From: Patescibacteria group bacterium
GTDB lineage: Bacteria > Patescibacteriota > Patescibacteriia > 2-02-FULL-49-11
Assembly (NCBI GenBank): GCA_041645165.1
Contig: JBAZQN010000005.1
Coordinates: 19,832-83,831 of the forward strand
Direction: 5' to 3'
DNA length: 64,000 nt
In this document: positions 18,167 to 28,862 of the stretch, piece after piece
How positions within the stretch are numbered: the first letter of the stretch is position 1
Layout of the letters: each line of letters begins with the position of its first letter
The notes under the pieces: generated by a model
The model's database searches: none
Told to the model about the DNA's origin: nothing
Seen by the model: only the letters and a program-made list of their open reading frames with translations
Program-made: the position numbers and the translations under genes

Positions 18167-18265
18167 TTGGATATTTGGAAAAAATATCTGCGTAAATCCG
18201 CGTGAAGGCCAAGCGTGACGATCGGCGTTTATCCGCGGTTAGCGCCGACCGAGGGGAGGCCTAAC

Positions 18266-20092
18266 TTATCTCAATTTCCACTGCGTCTCCACATACCATT
18301 CGTTGATATGGGAGAAGCGGTCTGAAGGAGTGGTGAGTCCTTGCAGGGAAATTCCCTGCACTTTTCTATCGACGAGATAGGAATAATAGGGAGTGAGGAG
18401 GAAGATCGCAGGGCGTTCCTGGATAAGGAGCTGCTGAAATGCCGCGTAGCTCTCGTCCCTCATTTTGAGATCTGTGGTTTTGCGCGCCTCCTCGAGTAGC
18501 TTATCGGCATCGCGGTTGGAAAAGTCTGAAAGGTTCAAGCCCCTCTCGCCGATCCCGGAGGAGTGCCAGAAGGGATAAGGATCAGGATCAATGCCGGTGG
18601 TCTCTCCGATGAGTAGCGCCTGATAGGCGCGCGGCCGGATAATATCCTGCGTGAGCCGCGCGGGATCGACGATCTCAAGATTAGTGCCTACGCCGATGCC
18701 TTGCCACTGCTTTTGGATTATTTCCGCCATGCGATACAACTCCGGTACGTTGAGAGTGGTGAGTCTGATTTGGAGATCTTGTTTTAGGGTCGCATGGTGC
18801 CGTATACTCCCTCCTTCTGGCAGGGTCCAGCCATTCGCTTCGAGCGCCGCGATTGCGCGCGGGGCATCAAAGGGCGTGGAGGTTGCATTCGCGCGGTAGC
18901 CAATGGCGCCGGGAAGCAGGGGGCCGTTGATTAACTCGCCTTGGCCTTGCAGCGCGTCAGCGAGAAGTTGTGAGCGGTCTATGGCAAGAGAGAGCGCTTC
19001 TCGCACCGCGCGAGTCGCGAGGATGTCGTTTTCTTTGGTGTTAAAGAATATAGCGGTATATTGAGGGATTTGCAGGCGATGTTGCGCGAGGCTGCTTCTT
19101 ACAGTGTGCATGTTCTCAAGCGATTCCCGCGAGATGAGTGCGAGCCCGTCGATGATTTTATTTTTTAATGCATTCACCGCGTCTGTGGTTTCTGAATAAA
19201 ATTTTATGGTCAAGGAAGTAATATACGGTGTATGCGGCACTCCTTGCGTGCGCGGGAGGAAAGTATATGAGCGTATCGCGCCGCCGGGGTCTTTGCTCAG
19301 CGATTGGAACTGGTAAGGGCCCACGCTTATCGGTTTGGTATTGAGCTCGGTGAGGAGCGCATGCTTTGGTTCGATATTTGCCCACAGGTGGGAGGGGAGC
19401 AGCCCGAGGGTGAGATTTTCAATGAAAGGGGCGGAAGGGTCTTTGAGCGTGAGACGCGCGGTGTGGCTGCCTATAGTTTCGACCGTGACTTCCTTAAAAT
19501 TCTGCTGCAGAGGGCTGTGGTACTCGGGATTCTGGATCGCCTCGAGGGTAAATTTAATATCTTCGCTCGTGACCGGCTCCCCGTCTGACCACGTGAGGTG
19601 TTCGCGTAGGGTAATGGTGTAGGTCTTCGCGTCCTCGGATACCTCTACTTTTTCTGCGAGATCCGGCTCCGGGATCCCGTGAGCGCCGAAACGGACAATC
19701 CCTGCAAAGAGCAGTTTAGTGAGGTCGCGATCCACTTCATTCGACCCTGCATAGAGGGGATTGAGGTACTGGGGCGAACCTACGATCCCTTCGGTGTAGG
19801 CGCCGCCCACCGCGGGGATGCGGGTAAATACTCTCTGCCAGAGCTGGACTGACATCCACGCGCCCGAGGCAAGGGCGATGAGGAAGAGCATCGCAAATTG
19901 CTTCCGTTCTTGGGCGTTAAGGACGCGAAAAAAATAAGTGAATTGCTTGAGGGAAGGAACACGGCGTCCGGAGAGCTGCTGGATAAGCATGTGATCAATC
20001 GTCGCGCTGGTATGCTGGCGCAACGACCCCAAGACTCGGCGCACGCCAGAGGCAAGAGCAGTTCCTACCCGTCGTAGGTAATTGCGTTTCAT
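18266..20092 (-). CDS. Peptide ABC transporter substrate-binding protein (family 5)
   Basis: LNPLY, PDLAE, WSDGEPVTSEDIKFT, GPYQF, VREALSLAIDR and DPYPFWHS. Confidence 0.9.
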   Translation of the reverse strand: MKRNYLRRVGTALASGVRRVLGSLRQHTSATIDHMLIQQLSGRRVPSLKQFTYFFRVLNAQERKQFAMLFLIALASGAWMSVQLWQRVFTRIPAVGGAYTEGIVGSPQYLNPLYAGSNEVDRDLTKLLFAGIVRFGAHGIPEPDLAEKVEVSEDAKTYTITLREHLTWSDGEPVTSEDIKFTLEAIQNPEYHSPLQQNFKEVTVETIGSHTARLTLKDPSAPFIENLTLGLLPSHLWANIEPKHALLTELNTKPISVGPYQFQSLSKDPGGAIRSYTFLPRTQGVPHTPYITSLTIKFYSETTDAVNALKNKIIDGLALISRESLENMHTVRSSLAQHRLQIPQYTAIFFNTKENDILATRAVREALSLAIDRSQLLADALQGQGELINGPLLPGAIGYRANATSTPFDAPRAIAALEANGWTLPEGGSIRHHATLKQDLQIRLTTLNVPELYRMAEIIQKQWQGIGVGTNLEIVDPARLTQDIIRPRAYQALLIGETTGIDPDPYPFWHSSGIGERGLNLSDFSNRDADKLLEEARKTTDLKMRDESYAAFQQLLIQERPAIFLLTPYYSYLVDRKVQGISLQGLTTPSDRFSHINEWYVETQWKLR

Positions 20093-20121
20093 TCTTAGAG
20101 AATTGATTATTGGAGAGAGAC

Positions 20122-20349
20122 TTAGACGTTGGCTTCGATGAGGATCCTGACAATCCCCACTATGAAGAAGAGGACCGCGGTCACCACGGTGGCGATGAAG
20201 ATGAATTTTTCCGCGCCGCGCCGTACGCCGTACACCTCGCCTGATCCGCCAAACGCCATGCCCATGCCGCTTCCGCGCTGCTGGAGCAATACCTCAATGA
20301 TAAGGAGGACCGCCAATATGGCCTGCACAATACTGAGCGTATTGTTCAT
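20122..20349 (-). CDS. secG: Preprotein translocase subunit SecG
   Basis: VLLQQRGSGMGMAFGG...RRGAEK with two TM helices. Confidence 0.93.
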   Translation of the reverse strand: MNNTLSIVQAILAVLLIIEVLLQQRGSGMGMAFGGSGEVYGVRRGAEKFIFIATVVTAVLFFIVGIVRILIEANV

Positions 20350-20555
20350 AACAACAAGAGGAGTATAACACGCACACGTTTAGGCGCCGTAAAAAAATAA
20401 CATATCCAACCTATTGACATTATAGTTCCGGAAAACAAGGCCAAACCTTGTAGTTAAAAGAAATGTTATTTTTTAAGCGCCCTTAAGGAAGTGCGTGAAT
20501 ATCACACTAAATAGAAGATTCTGAATAACGAGAGAATTGTGACATATCTACCCTA

Positions 20556-23033
20556 TCACAAAACACCCCAATGCGTCAAATGCTTGATGAGGATGAACGC
20601 CTTGCGGCTGCCGATTAGGGCGCTTAATTCTTCGCGGGAAACGCGCCGCAGGGCTTCCACCGATCCATAGGTGGTAAGGAGCAGTTGTCTGGTTTTGGGG
20701 CCGATGCTTGGGAGCGCGTCAAGGCGCGAGAGAGTGAGCTGTTTCGCATGGCGGCTGCGGTAGTGAGTGATAGCGAAACGGTGCGCTTCATCGCGCACGC
20801 GGTCAAGGAGGAGGAGCGCGGGGCTGGAGGGAGGTAGTTTAATGATCGTTCGGATTTCTCGTTGCAAAACACGCCAGTCGTTCGGACTGCCCGCAGAAAA
20901 AGACGCGGTTGACTTCCCCAGCGAGGAAGTCACCGCTCGGCTCTCGGCTTCGCTCGCCCCGCCCGGCGGGGCGCCATGCCCGCGAAGCCTCCGAGACGCT
21001 TTTTCTTTCGGGCGATCCTCACTGAAGGAGTTGAGTGTGGATGGTTTTGTAACGGTAATCCTCTCTCTCGTGAGTGTAAAAATTGTCTCACCCGCGCGCG
21101 GTTTTCTTCCTCGCCCCTTTGCAAGGGAGAGGAGAGGGATGTCGAGCGCATATTCGGCAAGCACCGCGTGCGTTGCATTGAGTTGGGGCACGCCGCCGTC
21201 AATGACAATAAGGTCGGGCAACGGCCATTGGTCAGTTTGTCGGTTTGTCGGTTTGTCAGTTGCCAGTTTGTGAGTGGATGAGTGTCTGCGTAAATCCGCA
21301 CTTGATCCGCGTTGACTTGCCTGCGCAGGCGGGTCTGCGACACTATGGGAGAGGCGGCGGCGGAGGACTTCGGCAAGCATCGCAGGATCATTGCTTCCTG
21401 TGACTGTTTTGATGACGAACCGCCGGTAGGCGGAAGGGTGGAGGACGCCCTGCGCGAGCACGGTCATGGCGCCGACCGCATACGATCCTTGGATATTGGA
21501 AATGTCATAGGCTTCAATGCGCGCGGGGGGGAGAGGAAGATGCAGAAGATTTTGGAGCGTCTCAAGGCTCTCGCGCGCCTGCGCAGACGCGCGCGCTTCG
21601 ATGCCGCCGCGGCGCATCAGTTCTTGGCGCGCATTTTCCTGACCCATCAAGATAAGCTTTTTCTTTTTGCCGCGTTTGGGGACTGCCACCATAATGCGCC
21701 CGGGGAGCGGCGAGAGAAGAGGAAGCGCGGTGTATACTTGCGGCGGAATGTCGCCAGTGCGGGCATAGTAGAGGCTGATAAACGCTTCGAGCGCTTCCTG
21801 TTCATTGGCGCCTTCTGCGTGGGCAAGGGGGAATAGGAGCCGTTCAGTGAGCGCGCCGTCACGGATTTTAAAAAGGTTTACCATGAAATGCGCGCCCTCG
21901 CGCGCCGCGCTCATGATGTCATAGGATTCCCTTTTTACGCTCACGATGGATTGGCGGGCGGTGATGGCACGCAGCGCGGCGATTTGGTCCCGCAGTTTTG
22001 CCGCAGATTCATATCGTCGCTCATCCGACTCCCTCTGCATCTGACTTTTGAGTTGCGCAATAAGCGTGCCGTAATGCCCGCGGAAGAAGGGGAGCATGCG
22101 GCGGATGATGCGCGTGTAGTGGGCAGGGCTCACGATGCCGACGCAGGCGCCGGGGCAGCGGCCGAGGTGGTAATTGAAACAAGGGCGAGAAGGGGGATGT
22201 GGTGAAGGCAGAGCACGATCGTTCGCGGCCACACGATTTTCTTGCTGCGGAACTCGATAGTCCGCTCGGGCTATTCTTGGTGAAACACGCCAGTCGTTCG
22301 GACTGCCCGCAGAAAAAGACGCGGTTGACTTCCCCAGCAAGGAAGTCACCGCTCGGCTCTCGGCTTCGCTCGCCCCGCCCGGCGGGGCGCCATGCCCGCG
22401 AAGCCTCCGAGACGCTTTTTCTTTCGGGCGATCCTCACTGAAGGAGTTGAGTGTGGAGGGTTTCATGAGAATATCCCTAGCTGAGGGAAAAGTATTTCGT
22501 CCGCCTATGCGAGAAGGGGAAGAGAAGGAAGAGGGTGGTTCGGTGCAGTACGGGAAGATGCGTTTGGCGAGGCGGAGCGCGGTGTAGGCGTGGCGCGCGG
22601 AAGTGTAGGGGCCGAAGAGAATGGAGTGCGAGCGCTTGGGGAGCAAGGGGCGGCGCACGGTAGAGACGTCAGCCCACGCGCGGTCGAAATCGAATTTTAT
22701 ATAGACGTAGGATTTATCGTCCGCGAGTATGATGTTATAGGGCGGATGGTGGCGTTTGATGAGTTCTGCTTCAAGAAGCAGCGCTTCGGTTTCATTGGAC
22801 ACGAGTATCGTTTCGAGAGAGGCGATGCTGTTCACCATGAGCTGCTTTTGGGGAGAAAGTTTAAGCGAGGGGGCGACGGTCTTTTTTGTCACGCGGAAAT
22901 AGGAGCGGACGCGGCTGAGTAACCGTTTCGCCTTGCCGATATAGAGAATATTCCCCTTCCCATCTCGGAAAAGATATACCCCCGGGCGAGGGGGTAGGGT
23001 GCGCAATTGGTCAAGGAGGCTCTTTGGTGGCAT
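20556..23033 (-). CDS. uvrC: Excinuclease ABC subunit C with three large in-frame insertions
   Basis: GIY-YIG (PGVY..YIGKA), Cys cluster, UVR, RIEAYDISN, PDLIVIDGG, RDEAHRFA and HhH. 825 aa, well above the usual length. Confidence 0.93.
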   Translation of the reverse strand: MPPKSLLDQLRTLPPRPGVYLFRDGKGNILYIGKAKRLLSRVRSYFRVTKKTVAPSLKLSPQKQLMVNSIASLETILVSNETEALLLEAELIKRHHPPYNIILADDKSYVYIKFDFDRAWADVSTVRRPLLPKRSHSILFGPYTSARHAYTALRLAKRIFPYCTEPPSSFSSPSRIGGRNTFPSARDILMKPSTLNSFSEDRPKEKASRRLRGHGAPPGGASEAESRAVTSLLGKSTASFSAGSPNDWRVSPRIARADYRVPQQENRVAANDRALPSPHPPSRPCFNYHLGRCPGACVGIVSPAHYTRIIRRMLPFFRGHYGTLIAQLKSQMQRESDERRYESAAKLRDQIAALRAITARQSIVSVKRESYDIMSAAREGAHFMVNLFKIRDGALTERLLFPLAHAEGANEQEALEAFISLYYARTGDIPPQVYTALPLLSPLPGRIMVAVPKRGKKKKLILMGQENARQELMRRGGIEARASAQARESLETLQNLLHLPLPPARIEAYDISNIQGSYAVGAMTVLAQGVLHPSAYRRFVIKTVTGSNDPAMLAEVLRRRLSHSVADPPAQASQRGSSADLRRHSSTHKLATDKPTNRQTDQWPLPDLIVIDGGVPQLNATHAVLAEYALDIPLLSLAKGRGRKPRAGETIFTLTRERITVTKPSTLNSFSEDRPKEKASRRLRGHGAPPGGASEAESRAVTSSLGKSTASFSAGSPNDWRVLQREIRTIIKLPPSSPALLLLDRVRDEAHRFAITHYRSRHAKQLTLSRLDALPSIGPKTRQLLLTTYGSVEALRRVSREELSALIGSRKAFILIKHLTHWGVL
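20867..21047. mobile_element. 181-bp structured element inside uvrC (copy A)
   Basis: Identical to 22283-22463 except at 2 positions; several internal hairpins. Confidence 0.92.
22283..22463. mobile_element. 181-bp structured element inside uvrC (copy B)
   Basis: Encodes the same 60-aa peptide KPSTLNSF...PNDWRV as copy A, in the same frame. Confidence 0.92.
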
Positions 23034-23118
23034 ACTTACCTTATAACGCGTTTCAATCTTCCGCGTGCTTCTGCGTAATAATCAGCGTTCTTCCGCTTCT
23101 AATCTTCATAGAAGCAGA

Positions 23119-23219
23119 CCCACCTGCCAGCGCCTTTGATTATGAGCACACTGTAGTATGATTATAGGTTTAGCGTCACGGTCGCATCTCATATCAGGGG
23201 ATAGGCCATGGCGGGCAGG
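23119..23219 (+). mobile_element. ~100-bp element with conserved ends (copy 2)
   Basis: cccacctgcc...aggccatggcgggcagg, inserted in an ACGCAGA-type array. Confidence 0.7.
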
Positions 23220-23296
23220 TATACGCAGAAAGTTAGGCAGATTTACGCAGATATTGAATTACGAATCATAGTGTAACCATTTAACTTTAACGCCTT

Positions 23297-23749
23297 ATGG
23301 ACATTAAAACAATCATGACCAAAAATGTAATTTCCTGTAATCTCGAAACCACGGTGGCGGAGATTGCGCGCTTGCTTTTTGACCACAACCTCACGGGGAT
23401 GCCAGTGGTGGATAAGGCCGGGAAAGTGGTCGGTATTGTGACAGAGTATGACCTCATGAGCAAGAATATGGGGGTGCATATCCCCACCTATATGAGGCTT
23501 CTTGAATCGTTGGGGCAGAGCGAGGTGGGCACGAGGATTCGGGACGAGCTTGAAGCGATCTTGCGCACGACTGCGCGGGAGATTATGACTGACAAGGCAG
23601 TCACGGTGCGTCCTGACAGCACGGTCGAGAGCGCGGCGCTTATTTTCAGTGAACAGCGGATCAATCCATTGCCGGTGGTGGATAAGGCAGGCACGCTCGT
23701 GGGTATTGTCTCGCGTGCGGATATCGTAAAATTATTTAAGAAGAAGTGA
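23297..23749 (+). CDS. CBS domain pair protein
   Basis: Two CBS repeats (MPVVDKAGKVVGIVT and LPVVDKAGTLVGIVS). Confidence 0.92.
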   Translation: MDIKTIMTKNVISCNLETTVAEIARLLFDHNLTGMPVVDKAGKVVGIVTEYDLMSKNMGVHIPTYMRLLESLGQSEVGTRIRDELEAILRTTAREIMTDKAVTVRPDSTVESAALIFSEQRINPLPVVDKAGTLVGIVSRADIVKLFKKK

Positions 23750-23764
23750 TCGGACTCTAGGGTA

Positions 23765-23800
23765 TTGTAATCTCTAGGCAGGCGGTGTATACTGCCTGCC
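23765..23800 (+). promoter_or_regulatory. Candidate uvrA promoter with overlapping palindrome
   Basis: TTGTAA-17-TATACT; the -10 sits inside GGCAGGCGGT-GTAT-ACTGCCTGCC. Confidence 0.45.
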
Positions 23801-23885
23801 GTTTGTTATCCCTTCATTTATTCATGGGCCAGGAGTTACTATAGTTGAAACACACAACACATAACCCTCGTAAGTGCTCATGTAA

Positions 23886-24035
23886 AAATTTTCAATTCTC
23901 AATTTCTCCCCCTACGGGGGATCTCCCGAAGGGGGACAATTTTCAATCAATATCTCAATGTCATAATTTTCAAACATTGAAACATTGATGCATTGTAAAT
24001 TATTTGAAAATTGATGCTTGAAAATTAAAAATTAT
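23886..24035. repeat. Inverted 7-mer arrays (CAATTTT/AAAATTG type) with nested double hairpin
   Basis: aattttcaattctcaatttc[tccccctacgggggatctcccgaaggggga]caattttcaat...ttgaaaattgatgcttgaaaatt. Confidence 0.75.
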
Positions 24036-24044
24036 CAATTTGTT

Positions 24045-27000
24045 ATGGACGCTATTGTCATAAAAGGCGCGCGGGTGCACAATCTCAAAAACATGGACGT
24101 GGAGATTCCGCGCGACAAGTTCGTGGTGCTCACCGGCATCTCCGGTTCGGGCAAATCTTCACTTGCGTTCGACACCATTTACGCGGAAGGGCAGCGCCGG
24201 TACGTGGAGTCGCTCTCTGCGTACGCGCGCCAGTTCCTTGGACTCATGGACAAACCTGACGTGGACGACATCAGGGGCTTATCACCTGCCATTTCCATTG
24301 ACCAGAAATCCGTGTCCCATAATCCGCGCTCGACCGTGGGCACGGTCACGGAAATTTATGATTATCTCCGGCTCCTCTGGGCGCGCGTGGGGCACCCGCA
24401 TTGCCCGCAATGCGGCAGGGAGGTGGTGCGCCAATCCGTGGATCAGATCATCAGCCAGCTCCTGAAAAGCCCGGAAGGCGCGGCGTGCGCCATATTCGGC
24501 CCGGTGGTGCGCGACAAAAAAGGCGAGCACAAAAACGTGCTCAGAGAAATCGCGCGGGCGGGATTCGCGCGCGTGCGCATGGACGGCGCCCTTATGACCT
24601 CTGAAGAAGCGCTGGACGCGGCGATCGACAAGCAGCGCAAACATACGCTCGAGGCGCTCGTGGATGAGATACCAGTCACGCGGACCCTGCGGGAAGAGCA
24701 GGAGCGCGGCGCGCAGACACAAAGCGCGCGTGCGCGCAACGCTGCCGCGTCATTCACCGCGAAGATCAACCTCTACCAGAAGCAGAAAAAGGACATAGCC
24801 TCGATGAGCGAGGGGGGAGAGCGCTCGCGCCTTGCCCAGTCTCTGGAAACGGCGCTTGATCTCGGGGACGGTTTCGTGACCGTGGAGGTGCGTCGCGGCG
24901 AGACATCGGAATCGCTGGTATTCTCCGAGCATTTTGCCTGCCCTGTCTGCGGCGTGAGCCTGCCTGACCTTGAGCCAAGGCTTTTTTCATTCAATTCTCC
25001 GCATGGCGCGTGCCCCGGGTGCACGGGCTTGGGCACCAAGCTTGAGGTTGATGCAGAGCTCGTCATTCCCAATCCAGGGCTTACCATCGCGCAGGGCGCG
25101 ATCCGCCCATGGTCGCGCACAGGCACCAACGCCCCGTGGTACATGAGGATCGTGGAAGGGGTGGCCCATGTGCACGGTTTTTCCGTCCACACGCCCATTA
25201 AAAATCTCACGAAGAATCAATACGACCTCTTGCTCCTCGGCACAGGCGACCGCACGTACAAAATCGATTATGAGAGTGATTCGTTTACCGGAGATTACCA
25301 GACTCATTTTGAAGGAGTGATTCCCAACCTTGAGCGCCGCTACCGCGAGACTGAATCCGACTATATCCGCGCCGAGATCGAGCGCTATATGCGGGTGCTG
25401 CCCTGCCCCGTCTGCGCGGGCAAGCGGCTGAAATCTGCCGCGCTCGCCGTTACGGTGCGCGGAAAATCAATTTATGATGTCACCTCCCTGACTATCGAAC
25501 AGGCGCTTGCCTTTTTCTCAAGCCTCAAAGGTGAGGCTGCGCCTGCCGCACACAGTGCGCGCCGCGCGGCCGTCTTAGATTCTCACAACGACATTCCAAA
25601 TTTTCCGCGCCCATCAGCGTCCGGTCAGCGTGAGTCCGCGACAGACGCCGCGTTAACGGAGCGGGAGCGCACGATCAGCAGCCAGATCCTGAAAGAGATT
25701 TTAGAGCGGCTGAAATTCCTCCTCAATGTGGGGCTCACCTATCTCACGCTCGACCGGTCCGCGTCCACGTTATCGGGCGGCGAGTCGCAGCGGATTCGCC
25801 TTGCCACGCAGATCGGCTCCCAGCTCTCGGGCGTCATCTACATTTTGGACGAGCCGTCGATAGGCCTCCACCAGCGCGATAACGCAAAGCTCATCAAGAC
25901 GCTCAAAAGCTTACGCGATTTAGGGAATACGGTTCTCGTGGTGGAGCACGATGAGGAAACCATCAGGTCCGCGGACTATGTGATCGACATCGGGCCTGGC
26001 GCAGGCGCCCATGGCGGCCACGTCGTGGCTCAGGGCACCCCTCTTCAGGTCGCGCGCCATTCCACTTCGCTCACCGGCGCTTACCTTTCGGGGAAGAAGA
26101 TGATTGATCTGCCTCATGAGTACCGCCGCGGCAACGGCAAGTACCTGGTCGTGAAAGGCGCGCGCGCGTTTAATTTAAAAAATATCAATGTCACCGTGCC
26201 TTTGGGGAAACTGGTGTGCATTACCGGCGTGTCCGGCTCCGGCAAATCCACGCTCATGACGGAAATCCTGGCGAAATCCCTGCTGCAGCAGTTTTGGGGC
26301 GCGCGCGAACAGCCTGCGGCGCATGACGCGGTGCTGGGCACGGAATTTCTGGACAAAGTGATTGTCATCGACCAGTCTCCCATCGGCCGGACGCCGCGTT
26401 CGAATCCCGCGACCTACACCGGCGTCTTTACACCCATCCGCGAGCTGTTTACGCAGGTGCCGGAAGCGCGCATGCGCGGCTACCGGCCGGGCAGGTTCAG
26501 CTTTAATGTGCGCGGCGGGCGGTGCGAAGCGTGCCAGGGCGACGGGCTCGTGCGGATTGAGATGCATTTTTTGCCGGACGTGTACGTGGAGTGCGAAGAG
26601 TGCGGGGGCAAGCGCTACAACCGCGAGGCGCTCGAGATCCATTACCGCGGCAGGACCATCGCGGACGTGCTTGCCATGACCGTGGAGGAAGCCGAGAATT
26701 TTTTCCACGACATTCCGCCCATCCGCGAGAAGCTCACCACACTCACGAGCGTGGGCCTCGGCTACATTACGCTCGGCCAGTCGGCGACGACCTTGTCAGG
26801 CGGCGAGGCGCAGCGCATCAAGCTGTCCTCCGAGCTTTCACGGCGCTCCACGGGCAAGACCCTCTATATCCTTGATGAGCCGACGACAGGTTTGCATTTT
26901 GAAGACGTGAAAAGGCTCTTAGGTGTTTTGCAGAAGCTCGTGGATCGCGGCAATACGGTCCTCGTGATTGAGCACAATCTCGATGTCATCAAGAGCGCGG

Positions 27001-27137
27001 ATTGGATTATTGATCTGGGGCCGGAAGGCGGGGATGCAGGCGGCCGCATCGTGGCGGAAGGAACGCCCAAAGAAGTGGCAAAGATCAAGACAAGCTTTAC
27101 GGGCCAGTATTTGAAGAAAATGTTCATGAAGGAGTAA
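24045..27137 (+). CDS. uvrA: Excinuclease ABC subunit A with two in-frame insertions
   Basis: GARVHNLK, two ABC cassettes ([21 protein letters not shown] twice) and zinc fingers. Confidence 0.98.
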   Translation: MDAIVIKGARVHNLKNMDVEIPRDKFVVLTGISGSGKSSLAFDTIYAEGQRRYVESLSAYARQFLGLMDKPDVDDIRGLSPAISIDQKSVSHNPRSTVGTVTEIYDYLRLLWARVGHPHCPQCGREVVRQSVDQIISQLLKSPEGAACAIFGPVVRDKKGEHKNVLREIARAGFARVRMDGALMTSEEALDAAIDKQRKHTLEALVDEIPVTRTLREEQERGAQTQSARARNAAASFTAKINLYQKQKKDIASMSEGGERSRLAQSLETALDLGDGFVTVEVRRGETSESLVFSEHFACPVCGVSLPDLEPRLFSFNSPHGACPGCTGLGTKLEVDAELVIPNPGLTIAQGAIRPWSRTGTNAPWYMRIVEGVAHVHGFSVHTPIKNLTKNQYDLLLLGTGDRTYKIDYESDSFTGDYQTHFEGVIPNLERRYRETESDYIRAEIERYMRVLPCPVCAGKRLKSAALAVTVRGKSIYDVTSLTIEQALAFFSSLKGEAAPAAHSARRAAVLDSHNDIPNFPRPSASGQRESATDAALTERERTISSQILKEILERLKFLLNVGLTYLTLDRSASTLSGGESQRIRLATQIGSQLSGVIYILDEPSIGLHQRDNAKLIKTLKSLRDLGNTVLVVEHDEETIRSADYVIDIGPGAGAHGGHVVAQGTPLQVARHSTSLTGAYLSGKKMIDLPHEYRRGNGKYLVVKGARAFNLKNINVTVPLGKLVCITGVSGSGKSTLMTEILAKSLLQQFWGAREQPAAHDAVLGTEFLDKVIVIDQSPIGRTPRSNPATYTGVFTPIRELFTQVPEARMRGYRPGRFSFNVRGGRCEACQGDGLVRIEMHFLPDVYVECEECGGKRYNREALEIHYRGRTIADVLAMTVEEAENFFHDIPPIREKLTTLTSVGLGYITLGQSATTLSGGEAQRIKLSSELSRRSTGKTLYILDEPTTGLHFEDVKRLLGVLQKLVDRGNTVLVIEHNLDVIKSADWIIDLGPEGGDAGGRIVAEGTPKEVAKIKTSFTGQYLKKMFMKE

Positions 27138-27452
27138 AAAGCGACGTTTTTCATTTTTTCTGCGTAAGTCAGCGGTGACGTCTCCGCCAGAGGCGGATCC
27201 GCCTATGGCGTGAAGCGTAAGTCAGCGGTTAGTGCTAGAGGATGACTTGTCAGTTTTTTTAGGCGGGTTTACACTTACCACCAGATGGCCCGTCCTCTCC
27301 ACAATTTAGGTAATAGGTTATCGCAGATCATTTCCCCTGCGCCGGCTTTTGAGTCTTTCCTCGTCCGCCGGTTTTTGTTGCTTTAAGCATTCTCCTGCTT
27401 TTCTGGTTTTTCTCAGCTCACTCAACAGATTTTTGAGAAAGTCGTCCAGAGC

Positions 27453-27662
27453 ATGCATTATCCATCAAAGATAGAGAAAAGTATTACCATTCCGATCAAT
27501 GCGGCCATCAAACTCCTAGAGCGGGGGCAGGTGAGCTTAGCTGGCACCGTTCTTAAGACGCTCGTTGCATACCTTAACGTCCTCGCCGATAAGCATCTTA
27601 TTCCTCAACAAGATGCCATTAATTTTATCCAAACCATCGAGCAGATAAGGAGCTCGTTGTAA
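27453..27662 (+). pseudogene. Probable C-terminal remnant of a larger extracellular protein
   Basis: Short amphipathic-helix ORF with no clear start context, closely followed by 27672. Remnant status is inferred. Confidence 0.3.
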
Positions 27663-27671
27663 TTCCAAATT

Positions 27672-28109
27672 ATGAATAAAAATTTTATAAAAATATTATT
27701 AGGGCTTTCTCTGTGCGGTTGTGTTGCGGGTTATATTTTGTGGTTTCCAGAGAAATTCGGAGTTTGTGCTCCTCAGGATCGATTTAGTTGTATTTATCCT
27801 CTGAGCGAACGTATTGGACAACCTCTCTTAATACTTATGTCAGGTTTGAGTATCGTTTCCTTCATATTATTATTTCTTCCAATTGTAATTTATCCCGTCT
27901 GGAAGAAATTTGTTTTTATCATTTCTCCTTTGGTATTATTATGGGTTATTTTTACCCCAGTGCAATGTAGCGGATTATTGGGAGCGTGTTTTGATAAAAA
28001 GCTTACGTCACTGGTGTCTACCGTAATATTCATAATTGGTAGCCTAACTGTATTTATAATTAAGTACATCTCTATCATCCGTGAGAAAAGAAGGGACATG
28101 GATGTATAA
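27672..28109 (+). CDS. Hypothetical 4-TM membrane protein with paired Cys loops
   Basis: Hydrophobic helices alternating with C-x7-C type loops. Confidence 0.7.
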   Translation: MNKNFIKILLGLSLCGCVAGYILWFPEKFGVCAPQDRFSCIYPLSERIGQPLLILMSGLSIVSFILLFLPIVIYPVWKKFVFIISPLVLLWVIFTPVQCSGLLGACFDKKLTSLVSTVIFIIGSLTVFIIKYISIIREKRRDMDV

Positions 28110-28245
28110 ATAGAAGACATAATTTAAAAATACTGCCCTATTAAAAAGGCAGTGGAGCAAATACCCCCGCTTCCCACCCCACCGCAGCCATTGCCGCTAA
28201 GGTCAAATAAGCATTCATCGCCACCATCAATAGTATAATAAGCCA

Positions 28246-28527
28246 ATGACAACATTAACAAAGAATAGTCTATATTCAATAATAGTTATTTTACTTGCAC
28301 TAGACATGCTGTTTTGGTATGGAGCTAAAAGAGATATTGAATTTATTACCGATCTAAAAGTTATAATTTTCTTCATCGCGTTTATAGGATTTGCTTTTTC
28401 GTACTACCTCTTATATAAAACGGACATCAAACACAAGGCAGTTTTGAACATTGTCATCACTATCGGCGTGCTCATCAATTTAAGATTCATTTTCCTCTGG
28501 TATATGCTTAAAGATTTTGGATTTTAA
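28246..28527 (+). CDS. Small 3-TM protein, KDFGF paralog 1
   Basis: Ends LWYMLKDFGF; highly similar to 28863-29141; TATAAT lies 6 nt before the ATG. Confidence 0.8.
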   Translation: MTTLTKNSLYSIIVILLALDMLFWYGAKRDIEFITDLKVIIFFIAFIGFAFSYYLLYKTDIKHKAVLNIVITIGVLINLRFIFLWYMLKDFGF

Positions 28528-28570
28528 TAGTAGTTATTTTCAAAGATATCTCCGGAATAATTTGTGTAAT

Positions 28571-28843
28571 ATGAAATATATATCATTGTATTTTTTGATC
28601 ATCATCTTTTTTGCTTTGCATGGAGTCTTTAATGTGGTAAACAAAAACAATATCTCTGAAACACGCCCTTTGTCTTGGTTGTTGATATTTTTAAGTTTTC
28701 TGGGATTTATCTGGGTAGTATACTACACTAAAAAGAATACCCTTCGGTTTAAATATATACCCTATATACTTTCTACTGTTGGTATCTTGCTCGCATTTGC
28801 ACAAGTTATTTTCTGGTACCTATTTAAAGACTTTGGGTTTTAA
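28571..28843 (+). CDS. Small 3-TM protein, KDFGF paralog 2 (divergent)
   Basis: Ends FWYLFKDFGF; start placed at MKYI. Confidence 0.75.
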   Translation: MKYISLYFLIIIFFALHGVFNVVNKNNISETRPLSWLLIFLSFLGFIWVVYYTKKNTLRFKYIPYILSTVGILLAFAQVIFWYLFKDFGF

Positions 28844-28862
28844 ATACAGCGAGGTTGATACT

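Noticed and set aside
20867-22463. Inteins or group I/II introns in uvrC
   Set aside because: No Cys/Ser start or His-Asn end, too short, and no recognisable intron core or encoded enzyme.
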